Shown here one piece after another: positions 1 to 6,192 of a stretch of DNA of 13,230 nucleotides. Under the pieces are notes generated by a model. The model made no database searches. It saw only the letters and a program-made list of their open reading frames with translations, and had not been told where the DNA came from. Within the stretch, counting starts at the first letter, position 1, and each line of letters opens with the position of its first letter. The position numbers were made by a program, and so were the translations under genes. The DNA lies in assembly GCA_046758365.1 (NCBI GenBank), contig JBHIAC010000089.1, forward strand, positions 1 to 13,230. The letters run 5' to 3'. Origin of the DNA: a bacterium (GTDB lineage: Bacteria > Zhuqueibacterota > Zhuqueibacteria > Oceanimicrobiales > Oceanimicrobiaceae).

Positions 1-53
1 TATGCCAGGTGGTGTGGGAGGAGCGGGATCGTGAGGCCTCGCCCTATCCCGAT
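1..53 (+). mobile_element. 3' end of a group II intron (bacterial class C / IIC type): end of domain V and domain VI; truncated by window start
   Basis: TATGCCAGGTGGTGTGGGAGG...CCCTATCCCGAT matches the class C 3' end pattern (..GGTGGTGTGGGAGG...CCTATCCCGAT). DVI folds: GGGA(16-19)/TCCC(47-50), bulged A46, inner stem GCGGGATC(23-30)/GGCCTCGC(35-42) with one mismatch, GTGA (GNRA) tetraloop, terminal AT (AY). Confidence 0.9.
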
Positions 54-84
54 TAGGTTGCATTATAAAATGCAGTTTCAATAG

Positions 85-94
85 AAGGAGGTGA
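85..94 (+). promoter_or_regulatory. Strong Shine-Dalgarno for the vWA lipoprotein gene
   Basis: AAGGAGGTGA at 85-94, ATG at 98. Confidence 0.85.
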
Positions 95-97
95 AGC

Positions 98-2215
98 ATG
101 AAAAACTCTTTTCTTTATTATTTGATTGGAATATTAGCGGTATTTGCACTATTCTTTTCTTGCGTAAGCCCGCCTACGGATCCTGAACCCCAAATATATT
201 CCCAGCTAGCCAATTATTCATTAGCTCCAGATGGTTTCTACCCTGGCGAGTGGGCGGTTATCGGTGTTGATGTGTATGGAGACACCAGAACCGGTCCAGC
301 CGTAAATGCCAAAGTTGACCTTGTATTTATAGTTGATGAATCAGGGAGCATGGCAGGGAGTGATCCAAGTAGAATTCGACACAATACTATCAAACAAATT
401 CTTACAAACCTTAATTCTAATCAGCACCGGGCTGGAATTATCACTTTTAGCGATAATGCAGAAATATTAGGGGGATATTCACAATTAACTACCAATTTCA
501 CACAACTGGTGGATTATCTCGATGCGTTACCTGCCCCAGTCGGATTTACAAATATTGCACATGCAATGCAACTAGCTAATTCTTTATTTTCAGGAAGCAC
601 CGCAAATCACCGTGTTGCGATTCTCCTAACTGACGGTTTTCCCGAGTCAGAAACGTCTTTTGGATATGACACCTCTCAAGATGCTGAGATAAATACAACG
701 CATGTGCCCTATGCCATATCTGAGGATATAAACTATTATGTGGTCCATTTATTTGCAGACGATTGGAACGCTCTAGGAACAGCATTGTTACAAGATCGGA
801 TCGCAGGGGACACAGGAGGGGAATACTTCGTTGCAGCAGATGCCTCCCAATTAGCAACTAGACTTCCAGCAATAGTAGAGGAGGCCTCTAATACTCTCGT
901 ATTAAAGGATGTTACTCTGGATATTCAATTTCGTATGGGGCCAAACGAGTACTCGGAGATTGATGGGAATAACATTTTTCTCGCGGGTTCAAATTCATAC
1001 CAAGTTTTCCCATCCCATGTAACTACTGAAACTCGGCCTGTCCTCCCGAACAATCAGGCAATTACGCTCAGAATTCCCATTACAGCCTACGAGCCGATAC
1101 CGTCCGGAAGCCCGCCAGAGGTCACTGAGATTGAGCTTCCCTCACTTGAACCATCGGCGGAACTATCCTACCACCTTGGCGACGATATCATTAAAACAAA
1201 GACAATTCCTCAGGTAATTGTCACCTGGCTACGAGCGCCGGAAGTGCTGGCTCTAAAAAGACTTGATCCCGGCTCTCGCCGGTTGACCGTTTCTGTGACT
1301 AATTTCATACGCGAAGGGCCGATTACAGATGTAAAGCTCTGGGAGTTATTAGCATTCGACTACTTTGAGGCTGTGTATTTAAGCGCTACTCCTTCCCCGC
1401 AGCGAATTGCCCCAATCGTATCTAATTACAAGGATTCTGCATATCTCTACTGGATGCTCGGGGATGTCGCACCTCTCGAAACGAAAGCGGTATCATTCGA
1501 TGTCCATTACCATGGCCCAACGGAAGGTATAGTTGCCGTAAATATGGCCAAACCCGAATCAATTGTTCAGTTCACCGCTCCTGATGCCTCAGTACGAAGG
1601 CTTTCAGCTGGAAGCACTGACCCCGATACAAGATGGTATGGCGACAATACGATTGATGCAGCCATTCTCAATGCCGCTCCGGAGGAGAGCCAGGGGGCTG
1701 ACTTGCTCATTTACGACAACCATAGAACAAGCGCTGGGGGTGATATGACGGTTCCACCTGTCCCGCTTTCCAATTCACTTTGGAATGATGCTTTTGCAGA
1801 CAACGGGTATGATGAACAAGCTAACGACGCGGCGCATGCCAATCCGGAACCATTAGACCTGGGTGGCGCAAACAAACTCTGGATCAGGATCGATAATCGC
1901 GGCAATCAACCCACGATGGGAGAAATCAGGGCGGAAATATATATTAAGCATGAATATTGTGCCTGCCCAACAGACCTGGATATCAGCATCTGGCACCACC
2001 TTGGTACTTTGGATTTCGGGATAACGTCGATGACGCCTGGTCAGTTCCGGGTGCAAGGCTTTGAGTGGAACGCTGCAAATACGCTAAGTCCAGCACTTAT
2101 AACCGAACTTAATGCAACAGGACAAGCTTTTTTCAAGGTTGTCGTGTCATACCTTGGACCTGAACTCCGATTGAATAACAATACTGCTGTAAAGAGGATA
2201 CCAATCGCTCTCTAA
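98..2215 (+). CDS. VWA domain-containing lipoprotein with beta-rich C-terminal domains (terminal CARDB/Ig-like)
   Basis: Signal peptide with lipobox (MKNSFLYYLIGILAVFALFFS-C); vWA MIDAS elements DLVFIVDESGSM, GFTNIAHAM, ILLTDG, TGGEYF; C-terminal NKLWIRIDNRGN...NNNTAVKRI typical of CARDB-like folds; strong RBS. Confidence 0.88.
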   Translation: MKNSFLYYLIGILAVFALFFSCVSPPTDPEPQIYSQLANYSLAPDGFYPGEWAVIGVDVYGDTRTGPAVNAKVDLVFIVDESGSMAGSDPSRIRHNTIKQILTNLNSNQHRAGIITFSDNAEILGGYSQLTTNFTQLVDYLDALPAPVGFTNIAHAMQLANSLFSGSTANHRVAILLTDGFPESETSFGYDTSQDAEINTTHVPYAISEDINYYVVHLFADDWNALGTALLQDRIAGDTGGEYFVAADASQLATRLPAIVEEASNTLVLKDVTLDIQFRMGPNEYSEIDGNNIFLAGSNSYQVFPSHVTTETRPVLPNNQAITLRIPITAYEPIPSGSPPEVTEIELPSLEPSAELSYHLGDDIIKTKTIPQVIVTWLRAPEVLALKRLDPGSRRLTVSVTNFIREGPITDVKLWELLAFDYFEAVYLSATPSPQRIAPIVSNYKDSAYLYWMLGDVAPLETKAVSFDVHYHGPTEGIVAVNMAKPESIVQFTAPDASVRRLSAGSTDPDTRWYGDNTIDAAILNAAPEESQGADLLIYDNHRTSAGGDMTVPPVPLSNSLWNDAFADNGYDEQANDAAHANPEPLDLGGANKLWIRIDNRGNQPTMGEIRAEIYIKHEYCACPTDLDISIWHHLGTLDFGITSMTPGQFRVQGFEWNAANTLSPALITELNATGQAFFKVVVSYLGPELRLNNNTAVKRIPIAL

Positions 2216-2317
2216 TGAAGAAAAGCGAAGGGTGTGAGTTTAATAATTCAGCCACAGAGCAAAATAAAAGTTAACTCGAAAAGTTGCCATTTTGTTCTTA
2301 TTACGGTTAGTATTAAT

Positions 2318-2345
2318 ACCTAACTTTGCTTGCCGACAAAGGGCT
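2318..2345 (-). other. attI-like recombination site (candidate)
   Basis: Minus strand TTTGTCGGCAAGCAAA-G|TTAGGT. CAAAGTTAGG is shared with the attI1 core region (AAAACAAAGTTAGG). No attC-type long palindrome is visible to the right, so it is not an intact attC. Confidence 0.5.
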
Positions 2346-2390
2346 TTTTTAAAATGATTGTAACTATTTAGCCATTTGAATAAATCCTGT

Positions 2391-3011
2391 CTATTTGTTT
2401 GAGTAATTTGCCTTTACTCCGAGAGGATTTGAACTCTCTTGCTTAGATTCAATACAGATACGCAGTAATTTATTTAGCCTGTCATTTTTATAGCTCATCT
2501 TTTTTACAAACTTTTTCGCCTGATTGGACAAACGGGCATATCCCCACCGCATTCTGAATAAAGTTTCTTGTTCACTATTTCGTTGAAAATATAATGGCAG
2601 ATTGACTTCAAAAAAAGATAGGCTGTCCGCATCCTTTAATACGAGTAATTCTGGGTCACCATCCCGGCCGAATTCATGCAGTTCAATGAGATATTTGATA
2701 CGTGATTTTATAGTATCGCTCAAAGGATATTTTTCAAGAATTTCCCCAACGATGCGTGCACTGTTTAGAGCATGGGCTCTTTTGAATGCGTTAAAATCCT
2801 CGTACTCACTTCTTGTAATCTTTCTTTGAGGAATAGCCCGTTCTATATCATGAGCCAAAGCTGCCAATTGCAGTGCCCAATTGGCATCCGGTTTTAGTTT
2901 TAATATCCAAATTCTAGTATTGTGCGCGTGTTGAAAATCTTCCGGTAGGTTCGATTTTTGGATAATTTGTTCTATTTCTTTTTCGATATTTGTGAGAAAA
3001 TCTAAAAGCAT
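2391..3011 (-). CDS. HD-superfamily hydrolase (DUF4202-like)
   Basis: Motifs EDFQHAHNT, LAALAHDIER, KRAHALNSA, LIELHE, LKDADSLSFF give the H...HD...H...D metal-ligand pattern. Start uncertain: no SD, and it overlaps the upstream gene by 98 bp. Confidence 0.8.
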   Translation of the reverse strand: MLLDFLTNIEKEIEQIIQKSNLPEDFQHAHNTRIWILKLKPDANWALQLAALAHDIERAIPQRKITRSEYEDFNAFKRAHALNSARIVGEILEKYPLSDTIKSRIKYLIELHEFGRDGDPELLVLKDADSLSFFEVNLPLYFQRNSEQETLFRMRWGYARLSNQAKKFVKKMSYKNDRLNKLLRICIESKQESSNPLGVKANYSNK

Positions 3012-3708
3012 TTCTGAAAATAATAAGTCTTCGAATTGATTCTAAGTTTGTAATTAGTGTCAGAGTCATTAGCGTTAAAAATAATTGGTTAAATACAGCC
3101 CCTACAAAGATGATGAATAGCCTTAGATCACGACCAAATCTAAAATGCTTGATCCCCAACAAAAGGTCTTTTTTCAAAATCTTATCAAATTCTGGTGCTG
3201 TGTAGCTTGTCATGAACGATCCTATCAAAGCGCCGAAGCCGATCAACAAAACCCAGTGGCTTTGAACGTTTAGCCATACAACATGCGTAATACCTAGAAT
3301 GATAAGACCATCGGCGTATCTATCTAGCACTTTATCGAACCATGCACCAAATCGACTCTGCTTAAATTTCAATCGAGCAATTTCACCATCACAGCCGTCT
3401 AAAATAGAGGATACTTGCACCAACACACCGCCTACTAAAATCCATACATATTGACCCGTATAAAACAGAACAACTGCCAAGACCCCTATTATAAAACTGA
3501 AAATGGTTATATGATTAGGTTCTATGTCATAATTAACTAATATTTTTGAAATCCTGTTGGATATAGGACGATTCAGATATTTGGAAACGGGGCCATCTGT
3601 AGGTTTGCTTAAACTTGGTAGAATCGTCTTTTTTGTTTTCTTGAATAGCCTTTCATCATTGATATCAAATTGATTCGAAATTGATTTATCAAATGATGCC
3701 ATAGGCAT
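2914..3708 (-). CDS. CDP-alcohol phosphatidyltransferase family protein, DIPPS-like (di-myo-inositol-phosphate phosphate synthase domain)
   Basis: Family signature LDGCDGEIARLKFKQSRFGAWFDKVLDRYAD; KPTDGPVSKYLNRPIS and GRDLRLFII segments as in IPCT/DIPPS enzymes; multiple TM helices; AAAGGAG SD just before ATG 3708. Confidence 0.9.
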   Translation of the reverse strand: MPMASFDKSISNQFDINDERLFKKTKKTILPSLSKPTDGPVSKYLNRPISNRISKILVNYDIEPNHITIFSFIIGVLAVVLFYTGQYVWILVGGVLVQVSSILDGCDGEIARLKFKQSRFGAWFDKVLDRYADGLIILGITHVVWLNVQSHWVLLIGFGALIGSFMTSYTAPEFDKILKKDLLLGIKHFRFGRDLRLFIIFVGAVFNQLFLTLMTLTLITNLESIRRLIIFRNAFRFSHKYRKRNRTNYPKIEPTGRFSTRAQY

Positions 3709-3728
3709 ACTCCTTTCTTAATTAGAAC

Positions 3729-3838
3729 CAGACTTCTGCAAAATTAATTTAAAGCATGCTCAAATTGGGTGTACAGGCTTCAGCTTGCCTATGACAATCT
3801 CAACCTAAAGGTTGTTCACCCTATTTTGCAGAAGTCTA
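3729..3838. mobile_element. 110-bp MITE-like element with 15-bp terminal inverted repeats and 9-bp target site duplication
   Basis: AGACTTCTGCAAAAT (3730-3744) / ATTTTGCAGAAGTCT (3823-3837) form a perfect IR; direct repeat AATTAGAAC at 3720-3728 and 3839-3847; no coding capacity. Confidence 0.88.
3767..3821. repeat. Inverted REP-like doublet inside the MITE
   Basis: GGGTGTACAGGCTTCAGCTTG (3767-3787) vs reverse complement of 3801-3821 GGGTGAACAACCTTTAGGTTG: 16/21 identical, each with a 6-bp hairpin and 2-nt loop. Confidence 0.65.
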
Positions 3839-3879
3839 AATTAGAACAATTGGTTTAAACAGTCTCGTTCTATATTTTA

Positions 3880-3923
3880 GTCGTGAGGACAAAGATTTTA
3901 CTAATTACGCCAGTCCTCACTAC
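3880..3923. repeat. GTAG-type REP-like inverted repeat
   Basis: GTCGTGAGGAC (3880-3890) / GTCCTCACTAC (3913-3923; reverse complement GTAGTGAGGAC): 10/11 complementary, with a GTAG tetranucleotide at the right foot. Confidence 0.5.
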
Positions 3924-4144
3924 CGAAGCTGCATTACCCTGTTAAATATTTTTTAATATGTGATAAATGGCAATAACTTGCCGAGAGACGTGTCAATTAA
4001 TTATTTGCGGGCCTCGTAGGAGTTTAAATTTTGGACCCTTTTAAAATGCCCCTTAATAAGTTATACTTTTAAATTAAAAAATTGTTCGATTAAATCAAGT
4101 AAAAAAATTGAATAGTGGGTGGGTAAATAGGTTAGCAAGCGTTC

Positions 4145-6067
4145 TTAAGCTTCTAATTGTCTTTTTAATTTTTCTAAATCAGCGATTATTGATTCCATGC
4201 ATTGGTAACGCTCTTCTTTGTCCTTCTGCAAAGCCCTTGCTACTAAGTCTTCAAGCCCTTCTGGCAAGGCTGGATTTAGTTCAAGCAAAGGCTTAGGTTC
4301 CTCATTTATAATTGAATATAAAACCGAAAGCTCAAATTCGCCAGTAAAAGGAAGTTGACCGGAAAACAATTCATAGAGCACGACCCCAAAAGAAAATATG
4401 TCGGTGCGGTGGTCAGTAGGTAAGCCGCTGGCCTGTTCAGGGGACATATAAGCGAGGGTGCCCAGTGTGGTTCCAGTTTTAGTAAGTCGTTCTGCTTTCT
4501 TTTGCATTTTAGCTAAACCGAAATCCATTATTTTCACTACCCCTTCCTCAGTGACCATTATGTTATCAGATTTTATATCCCGGTGTACGACATTCTTTTT
4601 ATGAGCATGGGCCAATCCCTTTCCAACCTGAGTTGCGATATTTAACTGCTCAAGAAAATTCTCAGAATGGTCCTCACGCCATGATTTTAAGGCTCGGCCT
4701 GCAATGAATTCCATGGTTATGAAGTGTCGTCCCGCATCTTCGCCAACTTGATATATAGTAGTTATGTTTGGATGATTTAGTGCTGAGGCAGCCCGAGCTT
4801 CCAATATGAATCTCTCTTTATATTCTGAATCAGTCATAATTTCTGGAAGTAAAACCTTCAAGGCCACTAAGCGCTGGAGATTAACATCTTTAGCTTCAAA
4901 GACAACCCCCATGCCTCCAGATCCAATCTTTGCCAAAATTTCATGTTGCGCCACTTTTTCGCCAACTTCTGGAAGTCTCTGAACCTGAACCTTCGAGGGG
5001 GTTATTTTCATGGAAGATTCTGCCTTTTTCAAAGTAGAGCGCTCAAATAGCTGTTCTTTTTCCCTTTCCAACCATTTTTCAAAAAAGTAATTCGATATTT
5101 TATATTGACCGTTTTCCTGCTTTATATATCCCAATTGAATTAAACCATACAGTAACTTAATCAATTGGTCGGCTGGCTCTTTAATTCTATTTTCTAAATC
5201 TGCTGATGTGAGGTCTTGGCTCTGAAGTATATACAGCAGAATTTCTTTTTCTTTAGGATGCAGGTATTGAAAATCCACTGAGAAAAAGTGAGACACCATA
5301 TCGTCAGCACTGACTTCCTGAATCACTTTTTCCATATCACCGATATCAAACAGACGCTTGCAAATGAGTTGAATAAGATAGGGGTGATTGTCTGTTTTTA
5401 TCATAATCTCCATAATTAATTCATTTTTAAATCCTCCTAACCGAATCAACTGCTCTGCTTCTTCGTTTTCTAATCGAGTTAGATAAACGGGTGGAATAAA
5501 ACCGTGCAAAAAAGGAGACGTATCTGGAATCATACTGCGTTCAAGCTTACTGAGTCGTTTGGTAGCAGTAAGTATAGTGTATATATTCTCTCCTTGTTGA
5601 AATACCCGCCGCAATTTAGGTAGGGCTTCTGGATTGTGTTTCTCAATATTAATTAACTCCTCAGATTCGTCGCAAAGAATCATCAACTTAAGATTCTCCT
5701 CTTTGGCCTTTCTTTTGAGAATTCGAAGGATTCCGAAAACATCTAATCCTTCCAGTGCGTCAATATCGATGCCAATATCTTCGAACCGTTCTTCAGCATC
5801 TTCTATACTTTCAAGTAAGGCATCTTTTAATCCGGTTAGGTCTTGACTTCCCTGCATATCCCAGAACAGGGAGATATATTTATTAGAGTATACACCTTCC
5901 TGAGTGAGAAATTCGATTTGCTTTAGCAAAGAAGTCTTACCTAAACGCCGGGTACCTGCCACCCAAACATAGTTTCTACTTCCATCTAAAATTTCGTGTA
6001 GGAGATTTTCGCGTCCGAAGAAATTTTCTCCTCGAACCCAGCTCCCTGCTATAAATGGATTCTTCAT
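4145..6067 (-). CDS. STAND/AAA-type P-loop ATPase + winged helix + Hanks-type Ser/Thr protein kinase fusion
   Basis: N-terminal NPFIAGSWVRGENFFGRE, Walker A GTRRLGKTS, Walker B ILCDESE, TDNHPYLIQLIC, wHTH-like LYGLIQLGYI. Kinase motifs GSGGMG, VALK, HPNI, HRDIKSDN, DFG, YMSPEQ, DIFSFG, ERY. No TM segment. Confidence 0.93.
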   Translation of the reverse strand: MKNPFIAGSWVRGENFFGRENLLHEILDGSRNYVWVAGTRRLGKTSLLKQIEFLTQEGVYSNKYISLFWDMQGSQDLTGLKDALLESIEDAEERFEDIGIDIDALEGLDVFGILRILKRKAKEENLKLMILCDESEELINIEKHNPEALPKLRRVFQQGENIYTILTATKRLSKLERSMIPDTSPFLHGFIPPVYLTRLENEEAEQLIRLGGFKNELIMEIMIKTDNHPYLIQLICKRLFDIGDMEKVIQEVSADDMVSHFFSVDFQYLHPKEKEILLYILQSQDLTSADLENRIKEPADQLIKLLYGLIQLGYIKQENGQYKISNYFFEKWLEREKEQLFERSTLKKAESSMKITPSKVQVQRLPEVGEKVAQHEILAKIGSGGMGVVFEAKDVNLQRLVALKVLLPEIMTDSEYKERFILEARAASALNHPNITTIYQVGEDAGRHFITMEFIAGRALKSWREDHSENFLEQLNIATQVGKGLAHAHKKNVVHRDIKSDNIMVTEEGVVKIMDFGLAKMQKKAERLTKTGTTLGTLAYMSPEQASGLPTDHRTDIFSFGVVLYELFSGQLPFTGEFELSVLYSIINEEPKPLLELNPALPEGLEDLVARALQKDKEERYQCMESIIADLEKLKRQLEA

Positions 6068-6192
6068 ACGAATTTATGTGATTTTTTTGTTAATATTTTG
6101 AAAATTATACAATATTCGTTTTAACTAAGACATCTGTTAAAGTTGACAGTATGCGATTGAAAAACGGAATACTGCCTACTGCTTACTTTTAA

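Larger units (their letters stand above)
54..2324 (-). mobile_element. Putative integron gene cassette (bounded by complementary core sites) with its ORF on the opposite strand
   Basis: On the minus strand it starts with GTTAGGT (2324-2318, GTTRRRY) and ends with ACCTA (58-54), interrupted by the intron exactly where RYYYA|AC would be. It contains a single ORF with short flanks. Confidence 0.65.

Noticed and set aside
576..2056. Short ORFs 576-857(-), 1563-1748(+), 1711-1905(-), 1853-2056(-)
   Set aside because: They lie wholly inside the well-supported vWA gene, with no recognisable motifs; shadow ORFs.
3968..3982. TGGCAATAACTTGCC as a sigma54 -24/-12 promoter
   Set aside because: Spacing is GG-N9-GC, not the required N10, and no plus-strand gene follows; it is only a short palindrome.
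6170..6187. TACTGCC-TACTGCT-TACT short tandem repeat between the STAND genes
   Set aside because: Only about 2.5 imperfect units; too short to support a function.
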